64,000 nucleotides of DNA from an uncultured PS1 clade bacterium (GTDB taxonomy: Bacteria; Pseudomonadota; Alphaproteobacteria; MED-G09): positions 35,881 through 99,880 of the forward strand of contig CACOFZ010000001.1 in assembly GCA_902626605.1 (NCBI GenBank), written 5' to 3'. Positions 51,392 to 62,075 of the stretch are shown piece by piece. The notes beneath the pieces are model-generated. The model did no database searches. It was not told the origin of the DNA and was given only the letters and a program-made list of their open reading frames with translations. The stretch's first letter is position 1. Each line of letters starts with the position of its first letter. Both the position numbers and the translations under genes were made by a program.

Positions 51392-51768
51392 TCTTTATTA
51401 TGATGTGACTTAAGATCTTTTTCAATATCTTCGTGGTCCCCAATCACAACGTGATATTTACTTTTAACAATTACTTTTTCTAAAAAAGGTATTAAAAGTA
51501 GAGGTAAAAGTCCTCCAATAACAATTCCTAATGTAGCGGGTCGCATACTCGGATCTATTAAAGCTGCAATAAGGTCAGCCAAAACATGTGCAATGCCAGC
51601 TCCTATAATTCCAGCAATATAACCATTTGATAGAATTTTTAATAATCTATTTATACTAAACCCAGAATAGTAACCAAGTAACATAATGCTTACATGAACA
51701 ATTCCGAAAACAAATCCTCTAGATATTTGATTATCCACTCCGAAGAAACTAATGATTATATCATCCAT
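51388..51768 (-). CDS. Small membrane protein (about 3 TM helices), His-containing helices and His-rich tail
   Basis: Hydrophobic segments [48 protein letters not shown]; 21 nt downstream of the TBDR gene on the same strand. Confidence 0.7.
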   Translation of the reverse strand: MDDIIISFFGVDNQISRGFVFGIVHVSIMLLGYYSGFSINRLLKILSNGYIAGIIGAGIAHVLADLIAALIDPSMRPATLGIVIGGLLPLLLIPFLEKVIVKSKYHVVIGDHEDIEKDLKSHHNKD

Positions 51769-51789
51769 ATTTATTCCTATAAGGCAGTC

Positions 51790-53829
51790 TTAGAATTCCT
51801 TCTCTAAAGAAAAATAAAACTCTCTCTCATTGCCTACAAAATACCTGTAACTTCCAAATGCATAATCTGCTCTTGTAGCATAACGCTCATCGGTTAAATT
51901 TCTTACAGTAAATCCAATTGAGGTCTTACTAATAAGATCTCTTTTTAATCTCAAATTGAAAATATCATGACCTTCATAATTGTAGGCATTGCTCTCATTA
52001 ATTGGGTAGTCTCCAACTCTAATCCACTCTAGTTCAAATTTTCCACCTATTTCTGGAATATAGGTAAATCTAGTATTGGCCAACTCTTTAGGGGCTGAGT
52101 CAATTGTATTACCTTTCACTATTTTATTAGGAGTGTGATTAAAATCATATTCGTGGTCTGCAAAACTTAATGAACCAGAAATCTCAAAATTATCACCAAA
52201 GGTTTTTAAATAATTAAATTCAATTCCGTTGTGTTTTGTAACTCCATTTTCGACATTAAAACCTTGTGAATCTCTAAAGAAATAGTCTTCTTTTTTCATT
52301 GTATAGCCAACAATTTCATATTCTAATCCACCAATAGATATTCCTCTGATACCAATTTCAAAACTTTCCAATTTTTCAGAGTCAGCTCCACCAGGAACTT
52401 GTTTGCTTTGAATTCTATATAGATCAGTAACTTGAGGTGCTCTGTTTCCAATTGATAAGTTGGTAAATAAAAAATTATTCTCTTTTAGCATATACGAAAA
52501 AGAAGTTTTTAATGAAATATCAGTAAAATCGTCGCTTCTATTTGGGCTAACTTGGATTCTTCCTTTTGTACCACTTGGAATATTTGTTTTGTAATCATAT
52601 TCAACATTTTCTGCTCTTACACCTGCTGTGAGAACAGCTCTTTCATTTAATAGCCATTCAGCATTAAAATAAAGTGAAAGTATTTTACTATCGATAGAGA
52701 AATCATAATGCGGTCCTTGTGGATAGGCTAATCTCGGACCAAATGATACATCTTTTGCTTCTTGAAACTCTGATAATTTACCTTCTGTAAATTCTATATC
52801 ACTCCCAACAAACCAAGTAAGATTTTGAATTTTTTTACTATAAATACTTTGAATTCCAATACTTTTATGTGAGTTAGTTTCTAATGGTTTACCGGGTAAG
52901 AAATGCATTTTAAAATCCATCTCATTATAGCGAATGTATGGAGTAATCGATAATTTAGAGTTAGAATAGTTTCTTATAATCTTAAGAGATGATCTGATGC
53001 TATATGTGTCTCTAAATGCCTCAGGATCAGGATTAATTTTACTTAAATTTTTATTATTATAAATTTTATAACCTTTTACATATCCCTTTGTTTCTTGATT
53101 AAGATTTGTTCCTGTTAATGTAAAAATATAATCATTAATTCCTTCAGAGTTATCCCACCTAAATAGAAATTTTTGCTGGCCATAGTGTGGCTGGTCAATT
53201 GATTCATTATGACTGTAGCCATTATCCTCTCGCCAATAAAGATTAAGAACAACACCACCTTTTTCAGTAGGCCCAGAGTAACTTCCATCAATTGTAAATT
53301 CTTGATCTGAAAATTGTGTTCTTATAATTTGTTTTTTTTCTTCGCTGGGGGTAGGGGTAATAACATTTATTAAGCCATGAACAGCGTTTGAACCATAAAG
53401 AGCAGAACCTGGACCTCGAACAACTTCAGTCCTTTCTCCAATTTCTATAATAGACTCCATTAATCCATTTACATTTCCAAAACCAGGAGATCTAAGTGGA
53501 ATACCATCTTCTAGATATAAAAAACTTCCTGCACCAGCACCTCCAGACAATACTGGAGATCTAATGGAAGTTAAATGTTCTTGGCCGCTACCTTGGCTAA
53601 TATAAACGGCTGGAAGTCTATTTAAGATTTCACTTGGATTTATTGCACTAATGAATTTTATTTCATCGGTAGTAATTGAGGAAATATTACCTCCAACTTT
53701 TAAAATTTGAGTATCTTCTTTTGATGCAGTTACAACAATTTCATCAATAAGACTTGCATTAGCCTTTTGGTTAAATTGCATAAATGGAATAAAAAATAAA
53801 ATTAAGAAATATATTGTTGTCTTAGTCAT
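51790..53829 (-). CDS. TonB-dependent outer-membrane receptor
   Basis: Signal peptide, TonB box DEIVVTA, plug motif EVVRGPGSALYGSNAVHGLINVIT, NLTDERY, terminal Phe. Confidence 0.93.
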   Translation of the reverse strand: MTKTTIYFLILFFIPFMQFNQKANASLIDEIVVTASKEDTQILKVGGNISSITTDEIKFISAINPSEILNRLPAVYISQGSGQEHLTSIRSPVLSGGAGAGSFLYLEDGIPLRSPGFGNVNGLMESIIEIGERTEVVRGPGSALYGSNAVHGLINVITPTPSEEKKQIIRTQFSDQEFTIDGSYSGPTEKGGVVLNLYWREDNGYSHNESIDQPHYGQQKFLFRWDNSEGINDYIFTLTGTNLNQETKGYVKGYKIYNNKNLSKINPDPEAFRDTYSIRSSLKIIRNYSNSKLSITPYIRYNEMDFKMHFLPGKPLETNSHKSIGIQSIYSKKIQNLTWFVGSDIEFTEGKLSEFQEAKDVSFGPRLAYPQGPHYDFSIDSKILSLYFNAEWLLNERAVLTAGVRAENVEYDYKTNIPSGTKGRIQVSPNRSDDFTDISLKTSFSYMLKENNFLFTNLSIGNRAPQVTDLYRIQSKQVPGGADSEKLESFEIGIRGISIGGLEYEIVGYTMKKEDYFFRDSQGFNVENGVTKHNGIEFNYLKTFGDNFEISGSLSFADHEYDFNHTPNKIVKGNTIDSAPKELANTRFTYIPEIGGKFELEWIRVGDYPINESNAYNYEGHDIFNLRLKRDLISKTSIGFTVRNLTDERYATRADYAFGSYRYFVGNEREFYFSLEKEF

Positions 53830-53865
53830 TTTATCACTTTCTATATTGGTAGTTTAAATAATTGA

Positions 53866-54816
53866 TTAGTCTTTTAACACTTTAATAAGATCATGGAAAT
53901 GGACAAAACCCATTGGTATGTTTTTTTTATCTGTAATAAATAACGCTTGAACATTTTGATTATTTATAAGTTTTAATGCCTCTGATACTAAAAGATCTTC
54001 GGATATACTTAATGGCTCTTTAGTCATGATTTCTTCAACATTCTTTTCAAGCATCTCTGGACCCATATGCCTTCTTAAATCTCCATCAGTAATAATTCCT
54101 ATAAGCTCATCATCAGACGTTATACCTATACAACCGAAACCCTTTTCGGATATTTTAATTATAGCTTCTGACATTTTGCATCCCTTATTGAGGATAGGGA
54201 TTTCCTCTCCAACATGCATAATATCCCTTACTCTTGCAAGTATTGATCCCAATCTCCCTCCAGGGTGAAGTGAACGAAAATTATCTTTATCAAAGTCTCT
54301 CATATTTAAGAGGGAAATTGCAATGGCATCGCCAACAATAAGTTGCATTGTAGTTGAAGTTGTTGGTGCAAGACCATTTGGGCATGCCTCTTTTGCATTT
54401 GGAAGGTTGAGGGCAATATTCGATGACTTTGCTAAATGGCTATTTTTATTTGAGGATAATCCTATTAATTTGTTTTTATTTTCATGAGCAAATCTAACAA
54501 TATCACCTAACTCAGTTGTTTCTCCTGACCATGAGATAGCAAAAATAACATCATTTTTTTCAATCATTCCCATATCACCGTGACTTGCTTCTGTTGGATG
54601 AATAAAAAAAGATGGTGTGCCAGTAGAAGATAATGTTGCAGAAATTTTTCTTCCTATATGGCCAGATTTTCCAACACCGGTAACAACAACTTTACCTTTT
54701 GACTTAAAAATAATATTTACAGCTTCTTCAAAATTTGAATCAAAGAATTCTTTTAGTAGATTTATTCCTTCAATTTCATCATTTAATACTTGAAGGGCTG
54801 TTTCAATAATTTTCAT
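53866..54816 (-). CDS. kdsD: Arabinose-5-phosphate isomerase (KpsF/GutQ family)
   Basis: TGVGKSGHIG, HPTEASHGDMG, EACPNGLAPTTST, HPGGRLG, CBS pair. Confidence 0.93.
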   Translation of the reverse strand: MKIIETALQVLNDEIEGINLLKEFFDSNFEEAVNIIFKSKGKVVVTGVGKSGHIGRKISATLSSTGTPSFFIHPTEASHGDMGMIEKNDVIFAISWSGETTELGDIVRFAHENKNKLIGLSSNKNSHLAKSSNIALNLPNAKEACPNGLAPTTSTTMQLIVGDAIAISLLNMRDFDKDNFRSLHPGGRLGSILARVRDIMHVGEEIPILNKGCKMSEAIIKISEKGFGCIGITSDDELIGIITDGDLRRHMGPEMLEKNVEEIMTKEPLSISEDLLVSEALKLINNQNVQALFITDKKNIPMGFVHFHDLIKVLKD

Positions 54817-56135
54817 TTTGTTTCCTTGTTGAAATTTACGGCCTCTCTACCTATGGAATGATATTCAATTTTAAGTTTTTCCATCTCATTAAGAGAAAAA
54901 AGATTCCTAAAATCTATTATAATTGGTTTGTTCATCATATCGCTTATTTTTTTTAAATCCATACTTTTAAATTCATTCCATTCTGTAAGTATAACCAAAC
55001 AATCTGAATTTTTTACAACTGAATAAATATCATTTTCCCAATTAACATTTTCAAACTCTTTAATACCTACCTTGTTTGCTTGCGGGTCATAGATAGAAAT
55101 ATTAAAACCTTTATCGATTAAATCAGGAATAATTGATAAACTAGGCGCCTCTCTCATATCATCGGTATTGGCTTTATATGTTACACCAAGCACTCCAATA
55201 TTTTTTTTATCTTTTGTTATTGAAATTATTTTTTTTGATAAATTCTCTTTTCTTTTCTCGTTTCCATCAATTACAGCTTTAAGTAAGTTTTGAGGTGCAT
55301 TGTAATTTTCTCCAGACTCAACTAAGGCTCTAGCATCTTTTGGGAAACATGAGCCACCAAATCCAGGACCAGCATTCAAAAAATCAGGGCCTATCCTCTT
55401 ATCTAAACCTATTCCAAGAGCAATATCCTCAACATCTGCTCCCACTTTTTCACAAAGGTCTGCTATTTCATTTATGAAAATTATTCTCATCGCTAACATT
55501 GAGTTACTAGCATATTTAATTAGTTCAGATGACCGCCTAGTTGTAAAAATTATTGGAATATTATTGTCTATTTGTTTTTTATATATTGAGTTTAAGGTTG
55601 ATATTGAGTTTTTATTTTTTGTGCCCACAATTATTCTATCTGAGTTTTCAAAATCAAAAATCGCTGAGCCTTCTCTTAAAAATTCTGGGTTTGAAACAAC
55701 ATCAAAATCAATGGATGGATTTACTAAATTAATTATTTCTTCTACTTTATCGCATGTACCCACTGGTACTGTTGATTTTAAAATCACAACAGAATTATTT
55801 TTTATGTTTTTTCCTATTGCTTCTGCGCATGCGAAAACTTGAGATAAATCTGCACCATCATTTTCAATATTTGTAGGTGTTCCAACAGCAATAAAAATAG
55901 CATCTGCATTTTTTATTGCTTGATCTATATTGCTTGAAAATGAAAGTAAATTATTCTCTACTTTCTCTTTAATTAAGTCTTCTAGCCCTGGTTCATAGAT
56001 AGGTATTTTTCCACTTTCTAAATCTTGAATTTTTTTTTCATCTATATCCAGGCAAGTTACATTCTGATCAGCTCTTGCTAAACATGCTCCTGTCACAAGC
56101 CCTACATAACCAGATCCAATAATGCTTATTTTCAT
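54813..56135 (-). CDS. ugd: UDP-glucose 6-dehydrogenase
   Basis: IGSGYVGL, IAVGTP, KSTVPVGT, NPEFLREG, GFGGSCFPKD, TDDMREAP. Confidence 0.93.
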   Translation of the reverse strand: MKISIIGSGYVGLVTGACLARADQNVTCLDIDEKKIQDLESGKIPIYEPGLEDLIKEKVENNLLSFSSNIDQAIKNADAIFIAVGTPTNIENDGADLSQVFACAEAIGKNIKNNSVVILKSTVPVGTCDKVEEIINLVNPSIDFDVVSNPEFLREGSAIFDFENSDRIIVGTKNKNSISTLNSIYKKQIDNNIPIIFTTRRSSELIKYASNSMLAMRIIFINEIADLCEKVGADVEDIALGIGLDKRIGPDFLNAGPGFGGSCFPKDARALVESGENYNAPQNLLKAVIDGNEKRKENLSKKIISITKDKKNIGVLGVTYKANTDDMREAPSLSIIPDLIDKGFNISIYDPQANKVGIKEFENVNWENDIYSVVKNSDCLVILTEWNEFKSMDLKKISDMMNKPIIIDFRNLFSLNEMEKLKIEYHSIGREAVNFNKETK

Positions 56136-56199
56136 ATTTTCACCCAATTAAGCAATTTTAAAGAAAAATAAAATAATTATGACAAAAAATTCTTGATAA

Positions 56200-58275
56200 T
56201 TAATTAAAAATATTAATTTTTTCCTCAACAACTTTTTCTAAATATGGAGATGGAGAAAAATCACTCCCATGCTCTTTTTCCATATCTTGAAGCCATGATA
56301 ATATTTTGTCATATCCAATAAGATTGCCATAAAACATTGGTCCCCCCTCATAAATTGGCCAGCCATAACCATTTATCCAAATTATATCTATATCGCTTGC
56401 TCTTATAGCCATACCCTCATCAAGAATTTTAAATCCTTCATTTATCATTGGGTATAAACATCTTTTAAGGATCTCATCTTTTTCTATTTCCCTTCTTTTG
56501 ATCTGTTTATTATCTGCAAATTCCTGAATAATTTTTTCTACATCATTGTCAGGTAGCTTATTTCTATTTTCATCATAAATATAAAAGCCTTTTCCAGATT
56601 TTTGGCCAAATCGTCCATTTTCACATAATATATCTCTAATAGTTTCGCTTCTTGATGTTTCTTTACTCCAACCTATATCTAGTCCGGCTAAGTCTGACAT
56701 TGCAAAAGGACCCATCGGAAAACCAAAGTCAAATAAAGCATCGTCTATTTCCCAAGGTAAAGCACCTTCCAAGATAAGCTTGTTGGCTTCTCTTTGTCTT
56801 TGAGCTAGAATTCTATTCCCAACAAAGCCGGGGCAAACACCAACTAAAGCGGCAGTCTTTCCAATAGTCTTTGCTAATCCCATAGAAGTTGCAATGATTT
56901 GTTTAGAGGTCTTCTCACCCCTTACAATCTCTAGAAGTCTCATAACATTTGCAGGACTAAAAAAGTGAAGTCCAATTACACTTTCTGGTCTTTTAGTCGT
57001 TTCAGCAATTTCATTTATATCAAGAGCAGATGTATTTGTTGCAAGTATTGCACTGTCTTTAGCTATTAAATCTAGTTTTGAGAAAATTTCTTTCTTTAAA
57101 TCCATATTCTCAAAAACAGCTTCAATAATTAGGTCTTTATCTGAGAGAGTGTCAATGGAGATATTTCCATTAATGAATTGCATTCTTTTATCAACATCTT
57201 CAAGGCTAATTCGACCTTTTGCAGCAGTATTTTCATAGTTTTTTCTGATTATACCGATCCCTTTATCAAGTCGCTCCTGACTCTGCTCAATAATAGTAAC
57301 TGGAATTCCAGCGTTTGCAAAATTCATTGCAATGCCTCCACCCATTGTACCTGCACCAATAATACCTACCTTATTAATATCTAATAATTCTGTTTCTTTT
57401 GGAATATCAGGTATTTTAGCAACTTGTCTTTGGGCGAAGAAAAAATACCTTTGTGCCGCTGATTGATTACCGCTAATAAGCTTAATGAATAAATCTCTTT
57501 CAACTTTAATGCCTTCATCAAAAGGTTCATTTACAGCTGCTTCAATGCATTGAATGTTATATTCTGGTGCTAAGAAACCCCTAGTTTTTCTCTCAATTGA
57601 TTTTCTAAAGTTTTGAAAAATTTCATCGTTACCTTGAGCAGCTTTTACTTTTTCATCTATGTCTCTTACTTTTTTTAGGGGTCTATTTTCTTCAATAATT
57701 TCTTTTGCATAGGATATGGAGTTGTTCAAGAGATCATCATCATTAGCTATTTTGTCAATAAGCCCGCTTTGCAAACATTGTTCAGCAGGAAGGTGTAAAC
57801 CTGAGGTAACCATTTTTAGTGCTTGTTCTACTCCAACTAATCTTGGAAGTCTCTGTGTACCTCCTGCACCGGGTAACAACCCAAGATTTACTTCAGGCAA
57901 ACCACATTTTGCTGATTTAACGGCTATCCTATAATGACAAGTTAGTGCAACTTCAAGCCCACCTCCTAATGCTGTACCATGAATAGCAGCAATCACTGGT
58001 TTTGGAGAGTTTTCCATAATATCTTGAACATCAAATAATGATGGTCCTTTTGGCTCTTGACCAAACTCTGATATATCAGCTCCAGCTATGAATGTTCTAC
58101 CTTCGCATATGACTACTATTGCTTTAATATCATTGTTTTCTATTGCTTTTTTTATACCAATATCCAAACCCTCTCTTACATTTGCAGACAAGGCATTAAC
58201 AGGAGGCGAGTTTAAAGTAAGAACTCCAACACTCTCAATTACATCCAATTTTGTTACATCATTGATAGTAGTCAT
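56200..58275 (-). CDS. Bifunctional enoyl-CoA hydratase / 3-hydroxyacyl-CoA dehydrogenase (PimF/FadB-like)
   Basis: FIAGADI, GGGLEVAL, PEVNLG; IGAGTMGGGIA, EAVFE, TNTS, LHFFSPA, GFVGNR. Confidence 0.93.
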   Translation of the reverse strand: MTTINDVTKLDVIESVGVLTLNSPPVNALSANVREGLDIGIKKAIENNDIKAIVVICEGRTFIAGADISEFGQEPKGPSLFDVQDIMENSPKPVIAAIHGTALGGGLEVALTCHYRIAVKSAKCGLPEVNLGLLPGAGGTQRLPRLVGVEQALKMVTSGLHLPAEQCLQSGLIDKIANDDDLLNNSISYAKEIIEENRPLKKVRDIDEKVKAAQGNDEIFQNFRKSIERKTRGFLAPEYNIQCIEAAVNEPFDEGIKVERDLFIKLISGNQSAAQRYFFFAQRQVAKIPDIPKETELLDINKVGIIGAGTMGGGIAMNFANAGIPVTIIEQSQERLDKGIGIIRKNYENTAAKGRISLEDVDKRMQFINGNISIDTLSDKDLIIEAVFENMDLKKEIFSKLDLIAKDSAILATNTSALDINEIAETTKRPESVIGLHFFSPANVMRLLEIVRGEKTSKQIIATSMGLAKTIGKTAALVGVCPGFVGNRILAQRQREANKLILEGALPWEIDDALFDFGFPMGPFAMSDLAGLDIGWSKETSRSETIRDILCENGRFGQKSGKGFYIYDENRNKLPDNDVEKIIQEFADNKQIKRREIEKDEILKRCLYPMINEGFKILDEGMAIRASDIDIIWINGYGWPIYEGGPMFYGNLIGYDKILSWLQDMEKEHGSDFSPSPYLEKVVEEKINIFN

Positions 58276-58350
58276 ATTTTTTCCTTTCACGTTAAGTAAA
58301 TAAGTATATTCTACCTTAAATTTAAACGAAACTTAATTAAGGAGATTTTA

Positions 58351-59301
58351 TTGTCTAATAATAAAACATCATCCAATGGTTCAGCAAAAGACTCGATAGA
58401 GAATATTCAGTCTAATTTTGAAAAACAAGGGTATATTTGTAATACTCATATTGCTACCGCAATATTTTTAAGCCAATCACTAGGAAAGCCTATTTTAGTA
58501 GAGGGCCCTCCGGGAGTTGGTAAAACTGAGTTAGCAAAAGCAACAGCTGAGTGGATGGAAAAACCTCTTATAAGACTTCAATGTTATGAAGGGCTTGATG
58601 AAGCAAAAGCATTATATGAATGGAAGTACGGTAAGCAATTACTTTATACTCAGGTTCTAAAAGATAAACTGAATCAAATTGTTTCAAAATCTGATAGTCT
58701 TGAGTCATCAATTGATAATTTAAATAACTTTGACGATATATTTTTTTCTGAGAAATTTTTAGAGCCCAGACCACTCTTAAAAGCTATTGAAAGTGAAAAT
58801 GGTTCAGTTTTATTAATTGACGAAATTGATAAATCAGATGATGAATTTGAAGCCTTTCTTCTTGAGATATTATCAGACTATCAAGTATCAATTCCAGAAA
58901 TAGGCACTGTAAAAGGAAAAATAAAACCGATAGTGTTCCTAACATCAAATAATACTAGGGAAATAGGTGATGCCCTTAAAAGACGCTGTTTACATTTATA
59001 TATTCCTTTTCCTGACCCTTTTTTAGAAGAGAAAATTATCAGTTCGAGAGTTCCTGAAATTGATAAAAACTTAAAAGTTCAATTAGTTAATTTTGTTCAA
59101 GGGTTAAGAAATTTAGATTTAAAAAAGCTTCCTTCTGTTTCTGAGACAATTGATTGGGCAAGGTCGCTTGTATTGTTAAATGTAAAAACACTTGAGCCTA
59201 GCTTAGTAAGGGAAACTTTAAATATTTTATTAAAATTTCAAACCGATATTGATGTATCCGATCCTGAAATAGAAAACCTAATAGAGAAGTCTAAAAAATA
59301 G
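58351..59301 (+). CDS. MoxR-family AAA+ ATPase (CoxD-like)
   Basis: GPPGVGKT, LQCYEGLD..KALYEW.Y.KQ, LLIDEIDK, TSN.TRE..DALKRRC; TTG start after AAGGAG. Confidence 0.92.
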   Translation: MSNNKTSSNGSAKDSIENIQSNFEKQGYICNTHIATAIFLSQSLGKPILVEGPPGVGKTELAKATAEWMEKPLIRLQCYEGLDEAKALYEWKYGKQLLYTQVLKDKLNQIVSKSDSLESSIDNLNNFDDIFFSEKFLEPRPLLKAIESENGSVLLIDEIDKSDDEFEAFLLEILSDYQVSIPEIGTVKGKIKPIVFLTSNNTREIGDALKRRCLHLYIPFPDPFLEEKIISSRVPEIDKNLKVQLVNFVQGLRNLDLKKLPSVSETIDWARSLVLLNVKTLEPSLVRETLNILLKFQTDIDVSDPEIENLIEKSKK

Positions 59302-60654
59302 ATGGTAGATTTTCTAAGAGATTTTATTCATATTCTTAGATCATCTGATTTAAGGATATCAACATCCGAGAGTATAGATGCGATGAATATAGTTTCTGAA
59401 ATTGGTCTTGAGGATAAGTCTCTACTGAAACATTCGTTATCATTTTCATTAGCAAAAACTTTAAGAGAGAAAGAGATATTTAGTGAATGTTTCGATAACT
59501 TTTTTGAAGAAAATTATATGAATCTTAAGGAAGGTAAATTACCTCAAAAAATTAAAGAAAAAAATACTGAAATTAATGATCTCGATAAGTTAGGTGATAT
59601 TAAAAACAATCTCGAAGAGCTCTATAAGAATTCTGATAAAACCTCTTTGATGACAGCCATGGCTTTAGCTGCTAGAGGTGCAAATCTTCAAGATATTAAA
59701 CTTTTTACCCAAGTTGGAATGTTTACCCGTAAAATATTTGATGAGATGGGTCTTGAAAAATTAAATAATGATATTTTTCAAGCCTCAAGAGAAGGCAATA
59801 TAAAAAGAGAGGAAGAGTTAAAAAATATAAGAGAAAATCTTCGTTTAGAAATTAGGGATTATGTAGAAAATCAAGTAAAGCTTAGAACATCTTATTCTGG
59901 TAAGCAATTAAGAGAAGATGCTTTATCGCAAATGCGTTTAACTCAGGCAGATAAGTCCGATTATAAAATCATGTCAGGTATAATTAGAAAGATGGCTCGA
60001 AGATTAATTTCTGTTCATTCAAGAAGAAAAAGAAAATCACAACGAGGCTTACTTGATATTCGTTCCACGATTAGAAAAAACCAGGAGTATGACGGAATTT
60101 TGTTTGAAACTATTTGGAAAAAAACAAGGGTTGATAGACCAAAAATTGTTGCTCTTTGTGATGTATCAGGTTCTGTTGCCAATGTTTCTAGATTTTTTTT
60201 AATGTTTCTCCATAGTCTTACAGAGATAATTCCAAATGTAAGAACATTTGCATTTTCAAATAAAGCTGGAGAGGTAACAGATCTTTTCGAGAGTAAAGAT
60301 ATAGAGGTTGCAGCGGCTGAAACGTTATTATTGCATGGGGGAGGTTCTACAGATTACGGACAGGCTTTCGTTGATCTTGAGGGATTATTAGAAAATAATA
60401 TAGATAGAAAAACAACAGTTATCATTTTAGGTGATGCTCGTTCTAATTACGGTGATCCTAGGTGCGATGTTCTAAAGACAATTCAGGAAAAATCAAAAAG
60501 AATTTTATTTTTAAATCCTGAACCAATATCCGTATGGGGATCTGGGGACTCCGAAATGCAAAGATTTATTCCTTATTGTTCAAAATCAAAAGTATGCAAC
60601 TCGTTAAATAATCTTGAGAATTTTGTTGATGATATGATTAGGTCCAGTATTTAA
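59302..60654 (+). CDS. VWA-domain protein (CoxE-like)
   Basis: [36 protein letters not shown]. Confidence 0.88.
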   Translation: MVDFLRDFIHILRSSDLRISTSESIDAMNIVSEIGLEDKSLLKHSLSFSLAKTLREKEIFSECFDNFFEENYMNLKEGKLPQKIKEKNTEINDLDKLGDIKNNLEELYKNSDKTSLMTAMALAARGANLQDIKLFTQVGMFTRKIFDEMGLEKLNNDIFQASREGNIKREEELKNIRENLRLEIRDYVENQVKLRTSYSGKQLREDALSQMRLTQADKSDYKIMSGIIRKMARRLISVHSRRKRKSQRGLLDIRSTIRKNQEYDGILFETIWKKTRVDRPKIVALCDVSGSVANVSRFFLMFLHSLTEIIPNVRTFAFSNKAGEVTDLFESKDIEVAAAETLLLHGGGSTDYGQAFVDLEGLLENNIDRKTTVIILGDARSNYGDPRCDVLKTIQEKSKRILFLNPEPISVWGSGDSEMQRFIPYCSKSKVCNSLNNLENFVDDMIRSSI

Positions 60655-62072
60655 ATTGGGAGATTATTTTCACCTGTTAAGAAATAATCTACAGATCTGG
60701 CACATTGTCTTCCTTCTCTAATGGCCCAAACCACAAGAGACTGTCCTCTTCGCATATCCCCTGCTGTAAAAATCTTTGCTGCAGATGTTTTATAATCATA
60801 GGTATTGGCTTTCACGTTTCCTCTTTCATCAAGTTCTGTTTTTGAGTTTTCTATTAAACCCTCATGGATAGGATGAACGAAGCCCATAGCTAACAAAATA
60901 AGGTCAGCTTTTAAACTAAACTCTGTTTTTGGTATTGGCTGCATTTTTTCATCAACTTTTACACAATTAATACTTTTAACTTTTCCATTTTCTCCTGAGA
61001 CACTCTGTGTCATGACTGAAAAATCTCTTAAAGCACCCTCAGATTGACTGGAAGATGTCCTTAGTTTAAGAGGCCAGTTTGGCCAGGTTAGGGACTTGTT
61101 TTCTTGCTCAGGTGGTATAGGCATAATCTCAAGTTGTGTTACTGATTCAGCACCCTGCCTTATGGATGTTCCAATACAATCTGAACCTGTATCACCACCA
61201 CCAATAACTACAACATTCTTATTAGTTGCAAGTATTTCCTTAGTAGTTGAAGGAACTCCCTCATTAGAAACTCTTTTATTTTGTTGTGGTAAAAATTCCA
61301 TTGCAAAATGAACACCATCTAAGTCTCTTCCTTCAACAGGTAAGTCTCTAGGGTGCTCAGAACCACCTGAAAGAACTATAGCATCATATTCATCTTCTAA
61401 ATCTTCAATAGAAATATCTACTCCTATATTAATTCCATATTTGAAAATTGTACCTTCACCCTCAAGTTGATTAATGCGTCTATCAATTACATGTTTTTCC
61501 ATTTTAAAATCTGGAATACCATATCTTAATAATCCTCCAGCTTTATTATTTTTTTCAAAAACAGTAACTTCATGACCTGCTCTTGTAAGTTGTTGAGCAC
61601 AAGCAAGTCCAGCTGGACCAGCTCCTATAATTGCAACTTTTTTTTCTGTTTTATTTTTTATAATTTGTGGTTTAATCCAGCCCTCCTCAAAACCTCTATC
61701 AATAATTGCACATTCAATAGTTTTAATCGAAACTGGCTCTTCATATAAATTAAGTGTACATGCAGCTTCACATGGAGCAGGGCATATTCTTCCTGTAAAC
61801 TCTGGAAAATTATTGGTGGAATGTAAATTTTCAAGAGCATTTTTCCAATCATTCGAGTAAACTAAATCATTCCAATCAGGAATTTGATTATTCACAGGAC
61901 ACCCATTGTGGCAATAGGGCACTCCACAGTCCATGCATCTTGATGCCTGACTAATTGTTTCCTCTTTGGATAAAGGAATAACAAATTCTTTATAATTTGA
62001 AATCCTTTCTGACACAGGTTTGTATCCTCTATCAATTTTTTCTACATCCATAAATCCTGTAGGCTTACCCAT
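60651..62072 (-). CDS. gltD: Glutamate synthase small subunit
   Basis: [61 protein letters not shown]. Confidence 0.97.
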   Translation of the reverse strand: MGKPTGFMDVEKIDRGYKPVSERISNYKEFVIPLSKEETISQASRCMDCGVPYCHNGCPVNNQIPDWNDLVYSNDWKNALENLHSTNNFPEFTGRICPAPCEAACTLNLYEEPVSIKTIECAIIDRGFEEGWIKPQIIKNKTEKKVAIIGAGPAGLACAQQLTRAGHEVTVFEKNNKAGGLLRYGIPDFKMEKHVIDRRINQLEGEGTIFKYGINIGVDISIEDLEDEYDAIVLSGGSEHPRDLPVEGRDLDGVHFAMEFLPQQNKRVSNEGVPSTTKEILATNKNVVVIGGGDTGSDCIGTSIRQGAESVTQLEIMPIPPEQENKSLTWPNWPLKLRTSSSQSEGALRDFSVMTQSVSGENGKVKSINCVKVDEKMQPIPKTEFSLKADLILLAMGFVHPIHEGLIENSKTELDERGNVKANTYDYKTSAAKIFTAGDMRRGQSLVVWAIREGRQCARSVDYFLTGENNLPI

Positions 62073-62075
62073 GTC

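Noticed and set aside
3979-61852. Numerous 60-140 aa ORFs overlapping annotated genes (e.g. 3979-4299, 15230-15649, 33283-33558, 37474-37791, 44872-45249, 55474-55842)
   Set aside because: Antisense or alternate-frame shadows of well-supported genes, with no recognisable motifs
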